NCBI GenBank assembly: GCA_035516965.1
Contig: DATIZR010000120.1
Location: forward strand, 967 to 64,966
Length of the DNA: 64,000 nucleotides
Source of the DNA: Nitrospirota bacterium
Lineage (GTDB): Bacteria; Nitrospirota; UBA9217
Direction of reading: 5' to 3'
Position 1 is the stretch's first letter, and each line of letters begins with the position of its first letter. Positions 23,483-33,964 of the stretch are shown one piece after another. A program made the position numbers and the translations under genes. The notes under the pieces are model-generated. The model did not search any database. It was not told the origin of the DNA and was given only the letters and a program-made list of their open reading frames with translations.

Positions 23483-23587
23483 AGGTTAACACAGATGAAC
23501 ACCGGTAAAACAATCAGGATTTGATTTGCCGCAAATAAGCACACCCTTGTTGCCAAAACGCGGGCATAAAGAGATCACAATATGTTT

Positions 23588-24799
23588 TTAAATCAGCTCC
23601 TGCGCCTCTCGTGCCTTCTTGCGGCTGTCACTTCCCGCTGTTATCCGTGTCAATCCTTGTTCATCCGTTGTTGAACTTTTCTCTTTGCACTTCTCCATCA
23701 TGTCCGTGAACCGCTGGAACAGGTACCTGCTGTCGTGCGGGCCCGGTGATGCTTCGGGATGATATTGGACCGAAAAGGCCGGAAGAGTCTTGTGCCGGAA
23801 ACCCTCGCAGGTATTATCATTCAGGTTCACGTGCGTCATCACGACCTCGTCCTTCACGGTCTCCATGTCAACGGCGAACCCGTGGTTCTCCGCGGCAATC
23901 TCCACCTTGCGCGTCGTCAGGTCCATGATCGGCTGGTTCGCGCCATGATGCCCGAACTTGAGCTTGTAGGTCCTGCCGCCGAGGGCAAGGCCCAGCAGCT
24001 GCTGGCCCAGGCAGATGCCGAAGACCGGCTTCTTTCCCAGGATCTTCCTGATGTTCTCGATGGCATAAGTAACCGGTTCCGGATCGCCCGGCCCGTTCGA
24101 CAGGAATACGCCGTCGGGCTTCAGGGCGAGCACCTCTTCGGCCGGCATCGTTGCCGGGACCACGGTCACGTCGCAGCCGGCGCTCGTCAGGAGCCGCAGG
24201 ATGTTCCGCTTGATCCCGTAATCATAGGCCACGACCCGGTACCGCGATGCAGGCTTCCCGGCATAACCCCGCGCCAGGTCCCAGTCCCCCTGGTCCCAGG
24301 GGTACGGCTCCTTGCACGTCACGTCCTTGGCGAGATCGAGGCCGCTCATCTTCGGAAGTTTCTTTGCTTTCGCGACAAGACTTTCCGGGTTCAGGTCCTT
24401 TGAGGAGATGACTCCCGGCTGGGCCCCCTGATCCCGAAGGTGGCGGGTCAGCGCCCGCGTGTCGATCCCGTGGATGCCGACAATACGATTCTCGGCGAGA
24501 TACTCATGGAGGGATTTTTTCGACCGCCAGTTGCTGGCGGACTCGCAGTATTCCTTGACGATGAAGCCTTCGACATAGGGCCGGCCCGACTCCACGTCCT
24601 CGGGGTTCACGCCATAGTTGCCGATCTGCGTATAGGTCATGGTGACGATCTGCCCCTTGTACGACGGATCCGTCAGGATCTCCTGGTACCCGGTCATGCT
24701 CGTGTTGAACACGATCTCACCGCTCGTCTCTCCCTCCGCTCCGAAGGAGTATCCTTCGAACACCAGGCCGTCGGCCAATGCAAGGATCGCTTTTTTCAT
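23588..24799 (-). CDS. carA: carbamoyl-phosphate synthase small (glutaminase) subunit
   Basis: 403 aa. Contains '[21 protein letters not shown]', the GATase nucleophile 'GICLGQQLL' and '[15 protein letters not shown]'. Confidence 0.96.
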   Translation of the reverse strand: MKKAILALADGLVFEGYSFGAEGETSGEIVFNTSMTGYQEILTDPSYKGQIVTMTYTQIGNYGVNPEDVESGRPYVEGFIVKEYCESASNWRSKKSLHEYLAENRIVGIHGIDTRALTRHLRDQGAQPGVISSKDLNPESLVAKAKKLPKMSGLDLAKDVTCKEPYPWDQGDWDLARGYAGKPASRYRVVAYDYGIKRNILRLLTSAGCDVTVVPATMPAEEVLALKPDGVFLSNGPGDPEPVTYAIENIRKILGKKPVFGICLGQQLLGLALGGRTYKLKFGHHGANQPIMDLTTRKVEIAAENHGFAVDMETVKDEVVMTHVNLNDNTCEGFRHKTLPAFSVQYHPEASPGPHDSRYLFQRFTDMMEKCKEKSSTTDEQGLTRITAGSDSRKKAREAQELI

Positions 24800-24853
24800 A
24801 CCCTGGTTTCCTTCCCCCTTTTCACGCTATGAAGCCGCACTCCGGGCTCAGCG

Positions 24854-25738
24854 CTAAAACCTGTCCCTCACCCTGTCGTTTATGTCGATCACTTCCGCGC
24901 TCACCCTGTCCCCGTCGACCGTCACCCGGACAAAGTGGTGAAACGCGCCCTCCTCGTTCTTGCCGTACAGCGGCGCGCCTCCGCCGCCGGTAATGACGTG
25001 CGCGATCCCATCGACGGTCTTTCGCCGGTACATATGCTCGTGTCCGGCAAAGACCGCCTGCACCCGGTATTTCACAAAGAGGGCCTCCAGCGCGTCCCGC
25101 TCTTTCGGGTATTTGTCCAGGCTGTCGCCTGCGTGATGGCCCGTGCCCGGGTCGGTGTACAGGGGATGGTGGAGAAACACGAACTTGTGTATCCTGTCCG
25201 AGCTCGAGAGGACCCCTTCAAGCCACTTCAGCTGCTCTCCGGCTATCCTCTTTTCCTGGTCTTCGATACAGGAGTCGAGAACGATGAACAGCGCATTGCC
25301 GGCGACAAAGGAGTAATACAGTTCGTTACCGGGAAGGTCGACCTGTTCCCGGTACATCTTTTCACTGAACGGTACCTTCGGGTGTGCGTCGTGATTGCCA
25401 ACGGCCAGAAAGTACGGCACGGTGATCGGTCTGGACAGGTCCCAGAACTTGGACCATTCCTCCTCGCTGCCCGGCGTAGCGATCATATCGCCCGTATTCA
25501 GGACGAAGCCGGGCTTCCGCTGCATGGCCAGGGAGACGATCTTCCGGTACGTTTCATCTCCGGAACGGTTGTCGCCGAGCACGATGAACGAGAACGCCCC
25601 CTGAATCTTCTCGAGCGCCGAAAGCCTTTGCTGGATCTGCTGGTCCTGGGCCGTGAAACCCGTGTGGACCCAGACGAGCAGCAGAAGGATCGTGAGGGCA
25701 AGCTGTTTCACCCGGGTTCTGAACTCCGAACTCAGCAC
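24854..25738 (-). CDS. secreted metallophosphoesterase (calcineurin-like)
   Basis: Signal-like 'LALTILLLLVWVHTGFTA'. Motifs 'VLGDNRSG', 'NTGDMI', 'AVGNHD', 'FLHHPLY' and 'FAGHEHMY'. Confidence 0.8.
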   Translation of the reverse strand: MLSSEFRTRVKQLALTILLLLVWVHTGFTAQDQQIQQRLSALEKIQGAFSFIVLGDNRSGDETYRKIVSLAMQRKPGFVLNTGDMIATPGSEEEWSKFWDLSRPITVPYFLAVGNHDAHPKVPFSEKMYREQVDLPGNELYYSFVAGNALFIVLDSCIEDQEKRIAGEQLKWLEGVLSSSDRIHKFVFLHHPLYTDPGTGHHAGDSLDKYPKERDALEALFVKYRVQAVFAGHEHMYRRKTVDGIAHVITGGGGAPLYGKNEEGAFHHFVRVTVDGDRVSAEVIDINDRVRDRF

Positions 25739-27001
25739 TTATACTCTTCCTCCCACGATCGTTTGAACTGCCCTCCCCTTCAGTTTCCATCCGGCAAAGG
25801 GCGTATTCTTTGAACGAGACTTGAACTGAGAGGGGTCGACGGTCCATTCCGCATTCGGATCGATGATCGTGACATCCGCATCAGCGCCGACGGCAAGGGT
25901 CCCCTTCCCCGCTTTGAGGATGGCTGCCGGATTCAGGCTTAACTTGCGCACCGCGTCTTCAAGGGAAAGGATGCCTTCACCTACGAGCCTGAGGGTGAGA
26001 CCCAGGGATGTCTCGAGCCCGACGACCCCGAACGGCGCATGATCGAACTCGACGTTCTTTTCATCCAGGGCGTGGGGCGCATGGTCGGTCGCGATCACAT
26101 CGAGGGTACCGTCGCGCAGGCCTCTTCTCACGGCCTCAACGTCCCCGGCGGTCCGGAGCGGGGGGTTCATCTTCGCCATGGTGTTGTACCCCCGCACAGC
26201 CTCGTCGGTCAAGGCAAAATAGTGAGGGCAGGTCTCCGCCGATACCTTCACGCCGCGCGCCTTTGCGGCTCGTACCAGCTCGACCGAGCCGGCGGTGCTC
26301 ACGTGGGCGATGTGCAGCCTGCATCCCGTCAGCTCGGCAAGCGCGATATCACGGGCGGTCATTACGTCCTCCGCCGCGCAGGGGATCCCGCGAAGGCCGA
26401 GCTCCGTTGAGACGGAGCCTTCGTTCATCACTCCCTTTGCGGACAGCGAACTGTCCTCGCAGTGGGAGATCACCAGAAGGTCGAATATCTTTGAATACTC
26501 CATGGCCCGGCGCATCATGCCCGCGTTCGCCACGGGTCTCCCGTCATCGGAAATGGCGAGGCAGCCAGCATCGTGCAGGTCGTTCATCTCGGCCAGTTCC
26601 TCGCCCTTTGACCCTTTCGTGATCGCGCCGATCGGGAACACGTTGGCAGCAGCGCCTTTCGCACGGGCCAGGATGAACTCCGTTACCGACCGGTTGTCGT
26701 TCACCGGGCTGGTGTTCGGCATGCAGCAGACCGAGGTGAACCCGCCTGCCTTTGCCGCATCCGTGCCCGTCGTTATCGTCTCCTTATACTCGAAGCCGGG
26801 CTCGCGCAGGTGGACATGCATATCGACGAGGCCGGGAACGACGAGCATGCCCGCTGAGTCGATGACCTTGGCACCGTTCTCAGAGATCGAGCCGGGCTGG
26901 CCGATCTTCGCGACCCTGCCGTCAGACAGAAGAATGTCGAGCTTACCATCCACCTTGTTGGCGGGATCGATCACATGGCCGTTCTTGATCACTATTTTCA
27001 T
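25739..27001 (-). CDS. pyrC: dihydroorotase
   Basis: 420 aa. Contains '[14 protein letters not shown]', 'HCED', 'HIAHVST' and 'ATDHAPH'. Confidence 0.93.
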   Translation of the reverse strand: MKIVIKNGHVIDPANKVDGKLDILLSDGRVAKIGQPGSISENGAKVIDSAGMLVVPGLVDMHVHLREPGFEYKETITTGTDAAKAGGFTSVCCMPNTSPVNDNRSVTEFILARAKGAAANVFPIGAITKGSKGEELAEMNDLHDAGCLAISDDGRPVANAGMMRRAMEYSKIFDLLVISHCEDSSLSAKGVMNEGSVSTELGLRGIPCAAEDVMTARDIALAELTGCRLHIAHVSTAGSVELVRAAKARGVKVSAETCPHYFALTDEAVRGYNTMAKMNPPLRTAGDVEAVRRGLRDGTLDVIATDHAPHALDEKNVEFDHAPFGVVGLETSLGLTLRLVGEGILSLEDAVRKLSLNPAAILKAGKGTLAVGADADVTIIDPNAEWTVDPSQFKSRSKNTPFAGWKLKGRAVQTIVGGRV

Positions 27002-27069
27002 GCGTACACCTTTTTACAGAAGAGGATGCCGTGGTAAATCAGTATCTATTCTGAGAAGATTTTGATTCT

Positions 27070-28035
27070 TCAGTTACTGACGTTCTTACGTCGCTCGCCG
27101 TGCGGCTCTGCTTCCGCTTTACCGCCACCAGACAGCAGGAACATCACGGCCATCCGCACGGCAACGCCGTTCGTCACCTGGTCCAGGATGACCGAGGAAT
27201 GATCGGCCACATCCGAAGCGATCTCAACCCCCCGGTTGATCGGGCCGGGATGCATGACGATCACATGTTTGCGGGCACGGGCCAGCCGGGTGCTGTTCAT
27301 GCCGTAGAGCCGCGCATATTCCCGGACGCCAGGGAACAGGCCGGCAGCCTGCCGCTCGAGTTGGAGCCGGAGCATCATGACCGCGTCGGCGCCGTCGATC
27401 GCCTCGTCCATGTCGCTGCAAACCTTCGCCCCCAGGCTCTCGATCCCGGGCGGCATCATGGTCGGCGGGCCGCAGACACGCACCTTCGCTCCCATGGTCG
27501 TGAGCCCGTAAATGTTGGATCGCGCCACCCTGCTGTGGGTAATGTCACCTACGATCGCGACATTCAGGCCGTCGAGCTTTCCCAGCTTTTCACGGATCGT
27601 GAACATATCGAGAAGCGCCTGCGTCGGATGTTCATGGAAACCGTCGCCTGCGTTGATGACCGAACTGGTGAGTCGCGTCGAGAGGAATTCTGGAGCTCCC
27701 GAGCAGGAGTGCCGGACAATGATGATGTTGCACTTCATCGCCTCGATGTTTCGAGCTGTATCGAGCAGCGTCTCGCCCTTGACCACGCTGCTCGTCGAGG
27801 TCGAGATGTTGATCACATCGGCCGACAGCCGCTTACCTGCCAGTTCGAAGGAGGTCCGCGTGCGCGTGCTCGCCTCATAGAACAGGTTGATCACGGTCTT
27901 GCCGCGGAGCGTCGGGACCTTCTTGATGTCCCGCTCGGAAACGTCCTTGAAGGTCGCGGCCGTATCGAGGATGAGATTGATCTCATCAGCGGCCATGCCT
28001 TTTATGCCGAGCAGGTCTTTTGAACTGAGAGCCAT
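27070..28035 (-). CDS. pyrB: aspartate carbamoyltransferase catalytic subunit
   Basis: 321 aa. Contains '[13 protein letters not shown]', '[10 protein letters not shown]', '[12 protein letters not shown]' and '[11 protein letters not shown]'. Confidence 0.96.
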   Translation of the reverse strand: MALSSKDLLGIKGMAADEINLILDTAATFKDVSERDIKKVPTLRGKTVINLFYEASTRTRTSFELAGKRLSADVINISTSTSSVVKGETLLDTARNIEAMKCNIIIVRHSCSGAPEFLSTRLTSSVINAGDGFHEHPTQALLDMFTIREKLGKLDGLNVAIVGDITHSRVARSNIYGLTTMGAKVRVCGPPTMMPPGIESLGAKVCSDMDEAIDGADAVMMLRLQLERQAAGLFPGVREYARLYGMNSTRLARARKHVIVMHPGPINRGVEIASDVADHSSVILDQVTNGVAVRMAVMFLLSGGGKAEAEPHGERRKNVSN

Positions 28036-28208
28036 GTCCTTCCTTCCGAAACCTTAAAACTTTGTCGCCACAGAGCTCGCAGGGAACTCAGAGGAAAAAC
28101 GAATACGGGAAAAATCAGTTTTATGCATTCATTGTCGGCGGTCTCCGTGTCCTCTGTGGCTAGTTTGTTTTATGTTTTTTATTCCGCACTCCGAATCCGC
28201 AAACGATT

Positions 28209-28751
28209 CTACTCTCCCAATATCACGACCTTTTCCTCCACCCCGTCCTCGGCAAGCATCACTTCCACTTTTTCCTTCGAGGATGTGGGCAGGTTTTTGC
28301 CTACGTAGTCGGCCCTGATGGGGAGCTCCCGGTGCCCCCGGTCGACCAGCACCGCGAGCTGGATCCGCTGCGGCCTGCCGTAGTCCATGATGCTGTTCAG
28401 GGCGGCCCGGATCGTCCTGCCGGTGAAGAGAACGTCGTCAACGAGAACCATGATCTTATCCTGGATATCGAAGGGAATGTTCGTCGTATGGGGAACGGGT
28501 TGCGACTTCCGTGTTGCCAGGTCATCCCGGTACATCGTGATGTCCAGGATCCCGACCGGGACCTCGACCTTCTCGATCTCGCGCACCTTGGCAGCCAGCC
28601 GCCTGGCAATATGCACGCCTCCCCGCTGGATCCCAACGAGCACCAGGTCCCTTGCGCCCCGGTTTTTTTCCAGGATCTCGTGGGCGATCCTCGTGACTGC
28701 CCGGTCGATCCCGGTTGTGTCAAGAATAAGTGCTTTTTCCTTCCCGTTCAT
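28209..28751 (-). CDS. pyrR: bifunctional pyr operon regulator / uracil phosphoribosyltransferase PyrR
   Basis: ORF trimmed to the ATG at 28751 ('[11 protein letters not shown]'), because the upstream part of the ORF overlaps the leader terminator U-tract. PRPP motif '[16 protein letters not shown]'. Confidence 0.92.
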   Translation of the reverse strand: MNGKEKALILDTTGIDRAVTRIAHEILEKNRGARDLVLVGIQRGGVHIARRLAAKVREIEKVEVPVGILDITMYRDDLATRKSQPVPHTTNIPFDIQDKIMVLVDDVLFTGRTIRAALNSIMDYGRPQRIQLAVLVDRGHRELPIRADYVGKNLPTSSKEKVEVMLAEDGVEEKVVILGE

Positions 28752-28781
28752 TCCCGCTCCCGCAACCCTGTGAAAAGGCAC

Positions 28782-28813
28782 AAAAAAACCTTCATCCCTG
28801 AATAGGAAGAAGG
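28782..28813 (-). terminator. intrinsic terminator of the pyr leader (attenuator)
   Basis: Minus-strand RNA CCUUCUUCC-UAUUCAG-GGAUGAAGG forms a 9-position stem with one U-U mismatch. It is followed by UUUUUUU and ends about 30 nt before the pyrR ATG. Confidence 0.7.
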
Positions 28814-28864
28814 TCTCCGCGCGTGTTTAACGACGTTATTCCGCTCTCATAATTTTTCATTTCG

Positions 28865-28895
28865 AACCCTTCCTGGCCTCTCTGGACCAGACTTA
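28865..28895 (-). promoter_or_regulatory. PyrR-binding RNA box (anti-antiterminator hairpin)
   Basis: Minus-strand RNA 'UCUGG-UCCAGAGAGG-CCAGGA'. The core GGUCCAGAGAGGCC (28875..28888) matches the known PyrR recognition consensus ARUCCAGAGAGGCU. The 3' flank AGGAAG is complementary to CUUCCU in the 5' arm of the terminator. Confidence 0.7.
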
Positions 28896-28921
28896 AAGAG
28901 AATTTCCTGTCGTACATGCAC

Positions 28922-28949
28922 ATTACCTTAACACAGGGAACGCTGTCAA
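28922..28949 (-). promoter_or_regulatory. candidate sigma70-type promoter of the pyr operon
   Basis: Minus strand: perfect -35 TTGACA (28944..28949), a 16-nt spacer, then GGTAAT (28922..28927, 4/6 to TATAAT). It lies about 30 nt upstream of the PyrR box. Pattern match only. Confidence 0.35.
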
Positions 28950-29021
28950 GTAATTTCTTAGCGTGATGATACGCAGGAGAACAAAAGATCGAAAGAATGC
29001 GGAGCCTGCATCGGAGAATCG

Positions 29022-32000
29022 TCACGCGAAACTGGGCGCCCTCTCTACCCGCTCGAGAAGCGCAACGGGAAAGTCCGAAAAGACATCGGAAAGCGACAGC
29101 CCGGTCCTTCCCCTGCCTTGAAGGGCCGAAGAAAGGACCAAACCGGTGAAGACGTTGCGATATTCAGTTCCCGCTTCCCTCGGCAGGATCAGTGCGCTGC
29201 CTTCCCATACGGAAGCACCGAAGGGCAGTGCTCCAAGGCCGGAAGTGATACGGGTCAGGAACCGGGGCACCACGGTGATCGCCGCAGCCTGGCCGGACCA
29301 GCGTTCAAAGGCACATATGTTCCCGGACCGCGGGCCGTCCGCTTCTAGCGGAACATATTCCCCTTCCGAGAATAACTTCCGTTCGGACTTCCTGAAATTG
29401 AGGGCTTTCCAGGTAAGATACAGCTTGATCCTGCCGTCATCCATGTGTGTTGAAAGGTCACGGCAGAGAATCCTGGCCCCCGTCCTTCGCTCAAGGTCCT
29501 TCAGACCTGCCAGCATCCCCATTCGTTTGCCGTAATCGACGGGCCCCCGGTTATCGGGGTCCACGAGGCTGTAGTCCCACAGGTCGGTGCCCTGATAAAA
29601 GTCGGGCACCCCGGGAGAGGTGATCTTGAGGAGGGTCTGGGCAAGAGAGTTGAACATGCCGTACCAGGAGACCATCTGCTGAAAGGGCAGCAGTTCATTC
29701 AGGAAGGGATTGCCGCCCGGTGAGGTCAGGACAGCGTCGATGAAGGCCAGCAGCGCGTCTTCGTAGGCCTTGTTCGGGTTGATCCAGCTCGTGTTCACCT
29801 TTGCTTCTCGGGCTTCCTTGAGCATGTATTCCCTGATGCGCTGAACAAAACGGTCATAGGCTTCCTGCCCCGGCATTTCATTCGGCCAGACGCCGACGAG
29901 CGTCTGGTACAGCAGGTATTCGTCGTTCCGGTCAGGCATATTTTCGCCATCAATTACGCTTTTCTTTTTCCTGTTCAGTTCAGCCCATCTCCTGCTCCGG
30001 TCCCCCCACTCATGGGGAATTTCCGACAGAACGTTGATACGCGCCCGGACGTCCTCGCTTCGTTTGGTATCGTGCGTCGATGTGGTAATGAGAGAGTGCG
30101 GCCAATTTTTTATCCGCTCGATATTCAGACCGTGGAACGTCTCGGGGGTCATGCCGAATCGTTCGGGCATGCCCCCCACTTCATTCAGCGAAACGAGGCG
30201 GTTGTAGACGCTTAGGGCCGTGTCTTCGACGCCCTTCGCCATGACCGGCCCGGTCTGCTGCTGGAACCTCATCACGAAGTCCAACCATTCTGCCTTATCC
30301 TTGTCGCTCGAGTCCTCCGGGAACCGGAGCAGGAGCACGTCCTCGAGGAAGTCGAAAATGGATCCATTGACTGCCGGATTTCTCCGTTTGGCGCGCGACG
30401 CCGCCTGTTCGATGTACTGTGCATCGCGGTCGCTCACGTGCCAGGTGTTGATGTAGGTCCGGTAAACGGGGAAAGACGCGATCACCTCCACGATCGCGCT
30501 CTTGAGGCTGTTCAGGGTAAAATCGCGGGTGTGGCGGTTCTTTTCCGAGAGTTCATCCAGGTACCGTGCGAGCGTGTTCAGCTCACTTGCCATGGCGAGT
30601 TGCATCACGAGTTTCTTCTTTTCATACATGAGCTCCGTGAATTCGGTTTTTTGGTGAATGAACTTATCGTAGATCCCGTCAAAAGCCTTCGCATTTTCGC
30701 CGTCGACAAAGATGCCGTTCACTGAATTCAGAAAGACATAACCGGTCGATCCGGAGACCGGCCAGTCCGCGGGCATTCGTTCGCTTTTTGTCAGGATCTT
30801 TTCCACCACGATGTAGAAAGGCTTGTACCCGGGGTCTTCCAGGACAGCCTTGTTATAGCCGTCGCCCAGTTCCCGTTCCGCCTCGATCAGGTGGTCCGCC
30901 GGAAGCGGCTCATTTGCCCCTCTGGATCGCCTCGCCAGGACCTGATGGATCAAACAGCCGCGCTGCAGCCAGTGAAGGTATTCGACCGGGTTATAAAGGC
31001 CGTCGGCATGGTCTACCCGGAGACCGGTGACGCTGCCGCTTCCGACCATCCGGAAGATCAGAGCGTGGGCGGCTGCGAAGACGGCCGGATCCTCCATACG
31101 GATCGCTGCCAGGCCGTTGACATCGAAGAACCTCCGGTAATTGATCTCGTCCGTTGCAACACGCCAGTGGGAAAGGCGGTAGATCTGCTGGTTCATCAGT
31201 TCGTCGAGAAGATCAAAGCTCTTCGGGTCTCCTTTCGTACCGTTGAAGGCCCTGAGATTCCCGTCGATATGCACCCTGATCTCCGAAGATCCCTGATAAA
31301 GCGCGTCCAGACGCCGTTTGATGACCTCCTTCTCACGATTGCGTTCTTCGATGGTTGCCGACCCGGTCTCCAGAGAGGACGGAAGGTGTTTTGACGCGGT
31401 CATGATGCTCAATAACTCGGCGACATGGGGATCGTCCTGTGTCAAACGATCCTGCAATTCCTGCAGATGCTGCTTCAGGACAAAATCGTATGTCGTGGGC
31501 TGCAGAGGGAACTTATATTCCAAATAGCGTACGAAAAAGGTCCCTTCCGCGAAAGCGACCGAGAGCTGTTGGTCCTCGAGAACCTTGCCGTACTGGTCGC
31601 CGAGAACGGGTATCAGGATCCTGTTCAGGAGCTCTTTTTTTACCGGGAACCAGTCGACATCGAAGTAGCGTGCATACGTCGAAGCACGTCCGTTCTCAAG
31701 CACATCGGACCACCATCGGTTTCCCGGGCTTTCGATGCACATGTGGTTGGGAACGATGTCCAGCACCTGGCCCATGCCGTGCCGCCGCAGTTCGTCGATC
31801 ATGGCGGCGTGGTCGGACTCGGTGCCGATCTCGGGATTCAGTTGATTATGGTCAACGATGTCATAGCCGTGAGGGCTTCCCTGTTTCGCTTTAAAATAGG
31901 GAGATGCATAGATGTCCGTGATGCCGAGGTCATGGAGATAGGCGATGACGCGCGACGCATCACGGAATGTGAATGATTGATTGAACTGAAGGCGGTATGT

Positions 32001-32039
32001 GGAGCCGGGTATTATCGGCCCGGGAAGGTCCGGCATCAT
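29022..32039 (-). CDS. treY: malto-oligosyltrehalose synthase
   Basis: ORF trimmed to the ATG at 32039 ('MMPDLPGPIIPGSTYRLQFN'), which makes an ATGA overlap with the treZ stop. Contains 'GITDIYASPYFKA...GSPHGYD', 'VLDIVPNHM' and 'GLRVDHADGL'. Confidence 0.9.
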   Translation of the reverse strand: MMPDLPGPIIPGSTYRLQFNQSFTFRDASRVIAYLHDLGITDIYASPYFKAKQGSPHGYDIVDHNQLNPEIGTESDHAAMIDELRRHGMGQVLDIVPNHMCIESPGNRWWSDVLENGRASTYARYFDVDWFPVKKELLNRILIPVLGDQYGKVLEDQQLSVAFAEGTFFVRYLEYKFPLQPTTYDFVLKQHLQELQDRLTQDDPHVAELLSIMTASKHLPSSLETGSATIEERNREKEVIKRRLDALYQGSSEIRVHIDGNLRAFNGTKGDPKSFDLLDELMNQQIYRLSHWRVATDEINYRRFFDVNGLAAIRMEDPAVFAAAHALIFRMVGSGSVTGLRVDHADGLYNPVEYLHWLQRGCLIHQVLARRSRGANEPLPADHLIEAERELGDGYNKAVLEDPGYKPFYIVVEKILTKSERMPADWPVSGSTGYVFLNSVNGIFVDGENAKAFDGIYDKFIHQKTEFTELMYEKKKLVMQLAMASELNTLARYLDELSEKNRHTRDFTLNSLKSAIVEVIASFPVYRTYINTWHVSDRDAQYIEQAASRAKRRNPAVNGSIFDFLEDVLLLRFPEDSSDKDKAEWLDFVMRFQQQTGPVMAKGVEDTALSVYNRLVSLNEVGGMPERFGMTPETFHGLNIERIKNWPHSLITTSTHDTKRSEDVRARINVLSEIPHEWGDRSRRWAELNRKKKSVIDGENMPDRNDEYLLYQTLVGVWPNEMPGQEAYDRFVQRIREYMLKEAREAKVNTSWINPNKAYEDALLAFIDAVLTSPGGNPFLNELLPFQQMVSWYGMFNSLAQTLLKITSPGVPDFYQGTDLWDYSLVDPDNRGPVDYGKRMGMLAGLKDLERRTGARILCRDLSTHMDDGRIKLYLTWKALNFRKSERKLFSEGEYVPLEADGPRSGNICAFERWSGQAAAITVVPRFLTRITSGLGALPFGASVWEGSALILPREAGTEYRNVFTGLVLSSALQGRGRTGLSLSDVFSDFPVALLERVERAPSFA

Positions 32040-33925
32040 GGCCCCTCCTCCTGACGAGCATAGAGGACGGCGCTGTGCGGGTTCATCTGAAGAAGTACCT
32101 CTCCGCCGTTCGGCGTTACCGTTTGTTCGGCGCGTTCCGATGTTCCGCCCCATTCGCTCGAGGAGGAATCGATCAGTTTATGCCATGCCCCCCCCGGCAG
32201 GACCGCCGAAACGGCCACCGGATCGTCGTTGAAAGAAAATAGAATGAGGACCTGGTTACCTTCCTGATAGCCCCGGATGAGAAGCACACGTTCCGGTTCA
32301 TAGCCCGTGACTTCCATGACTTCCTTCCTGAGGTTCGAGAGTGCGGGAAGGAACCTTCTCAGGTGCAGCAGCGCTCTGTAATATTCGAACAGGATCTTGT
32401 GCTTGCCCGAACTTCGGAGGCCCGGGTCGATCTTGGACCGGTGGAAGGTGTTTTCGTCCTGAGGGTCCGGGACCGTTCCCTTTTCTGAAAGAGGGGCTAG
32501 CTCCGATGACCGTCCCTCCCTCACCGCCCTGACGAGGGTCTCGTCGGTGTGATGTACGAAATACTGGAACGGCGACGGCTCACCGTATTCCTCACCCATG
32601 AACAGGAACGGCACAAAGGGTGAAAGGATGACGCAGCTTGCCGCCAGCTTGAGTTGTTCGAATGTTGCGATCGAGGAAAGCCGCTCTCCCAGCACCCTGT
32701 TCCCGACCTGATCGTGGTTCTGGGAAAAGACGATGAACCGGATCGCCGCTGCGTCTTTTGAGGAGTTCCCGTGCTTCCGTTTCCGGTATTGGGAATACTC
32801 GCCCGAGTAGACAAAGCCTTCCCGGAACGCCTTTGCCAGATGTTCGATCATTCCGAAGTCCTGGTAGTAGCCGTTTCGCTCACCGGTCACCAGTGCGTGC
32901 AGGGCGTGATGAAAGTCATCGTTCCATTGCGCGTCGATGCCGTATCCGCCCAGTCCCACCGGGTTGATGACCCTGACATCGTTCAAATCGCTCTCGGCAA
33001 TGAGGAAGATCTGCCGCCCCAGTTCATCCGCCCTCCGGTGCACGGCTGCTGCCAGTTGAGCCAGGAAATGCCTGGCCCCGAAATCATACATCCGGTCGAT
33101 GGTATCGAGACGAAGACCGTCGAAGTGGTATTCGGTGACCCAGTAGAGCGCGTTCTCGATGAAGTACGTACGCACCTCATCGCTGTACGGGCCGTCGAAA
33201 TTGACCGCTTCGCCCCAGGGCGTCCGGTATTTCGCGGTGAAATACGGGCCGAATGCACCGAGATAATTGCCCTCCGGTCCCAGGTGGTTGTAGACCACGT
33301 CGAGGATGACTGCGATCCCCTGCCGGTGGCAGGCGTCCACGAGCGCCTTCAATCCCGGCGGCCCGCCATAGGTGTTCTGGGGTGCGAAAGGATACACGCC
33401 GTCGTAGCCCCAGTTTCTGCTGCCGGGGAACTGGGCAACGGGCATGATCTCGATCGCCGTGACGCCCAGGTCCTTCAGGTGATCAAGGCGGGAAACAGCG
33501 GCCTCAAAGGTGCCGGCCGGCGTAAAAGCGCCGATATGCACCTCGTAGATCACGAGATCGCGAAAAGGCATGCCCTGCCAGTCATCGTCATTCCAATCGA
33601 ATTCGGCGGGATCGACCAGCTGCGATGGGCCATGGACTCCTTCGGGCTGGAACCGGGACGCGGGGTCGGGCCTGTCTTTTTCATCATTGAGCCGGTAAAC
33701 ATACTTGGCCCCGGGAACGAGGCCGTGCGCAACGGCATGCCAATAGCCGCGGCTGTTCTGCACCATGGGAATGACGCGCGTTTCAGGAAAAACAATCCTT
33801 ACGGCAACGCTTCTTGCAAAAGGCGCCCAGACCGTGAACCGACCGGTCACCTTCTCGTGGAACCGGGCGCCGAGCAAGCCTTCCCGGACCCTGCGCGCCC
33901 GACCCATAGTTCTTCCCTCAGGCAT
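32036..33925 (-). CDS. treZ: malto-oligosyltrehalose trehalohydrolase
   Basis: 629 aa GH13 protein. Contains 'GVTAIEIMPVAQFPGSRNWGYDGV', 'VILDVVYNHLGPEGNY', 'GLRLDTID', 'LIAESDLND' and 'FSQNHDQVGNR'. Confidence 0.9.
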   Translation of the reverse strand: MPEGRTMGRARRVREGLLGARFHEKVTGRFTVWAPFARSVAVRIVFPETRVIPMVQNSRGYWHAVAHGLVPGAKYVYRLNDEKDRPDPASRFQPEGVHGPSQLVDPAEFDWNDDDWQGMPFRDLVIYEVHIGAFTPAGTFEAAVSRLDHLKDLGVTAIEIMPVAQFPGSRNWGYDGVYPFAPQNTYGGPPGLKALVDACHRQGIAVILDVVYNHLGPEGNYLGAFGPYFTAKYRTPWGEAVNFDGPYSDEVRTYFIENALYWVTEYHFDGLRLDTIDRMYDFGARHFLAQLAAAVHRRADELGRQIFLIAESDLNDVRVINPVGLGGYGIDAQWNDDFHHALHALVTGERNGYYQDFGMIEHLAKAFREGFVYSGEYSQYRKRKHGNSSKDAAAIRFIVFSQNHDQVGNRVLGERLSSIATFEQLKLAASCVILSPFVPFLFMGEEYGEPSPFQYFVHHTDETLVRAVREGRSSELAPLSEKGTVPDPQDENTFHRSKIDPGLRSSGKHKILFEYYRALLHLRRFLPALSNLRKEVMEVTGYEPERVLLIRGYQEGNQVLILFSFNDDPVAVSAVLPGGAWHKLIDSSSSEWGGTSERAEQTVTPNGGEVLLQMNPHSAVLYARQEEGP

Positions 33926-33964
33926 AGTAACCTTCCGTTCTCCGTTCCGGCGATTTGCCCGGGG

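Noticed and set aside
28036-28208. A possible second PyrR box in the 173-nt pyrR-pyrB spacer. It reads CCACAGAGGA (8/10 to CCAGAGAGGC), and there is a 9-bp inverted repeat GCCACAGAG / CTCTGTGGC at 28066-28074 and 28152-28160.
   Set aside because: No hairpin followed by a U-tract is visible before pyrB, and the box is degenerate. It could still be a regulatory structure, but I cannot support it by eye. A covariance-model scan would decide.
28792-29025. A 77-aa minus-strand ORF in the pyr leader.
   Set aside because: It spans the PyrR box and the terminator hairpin, has no RBS and no motif. The region is better explained as a regulatory RNA leader.
32036-32153. An apparent 118-nt overlap between treZ and the treY ORF. 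Similar N-terminal ORF extensions occur for carB (to 22504), xerD (to 13826), queA (to 6664), pheT (to 2743), the GT2 (to 53172) and the HemN-like gene (to 50529).
   Set aside because: The extensions are Arg/Cys/Gly-rich and lack homology-like sequence. Internal ATGs with conserved N-terminal motifs, Shine-Dalgarno sequences or ATGA coupling explain the data better, so the starts were trimmed.
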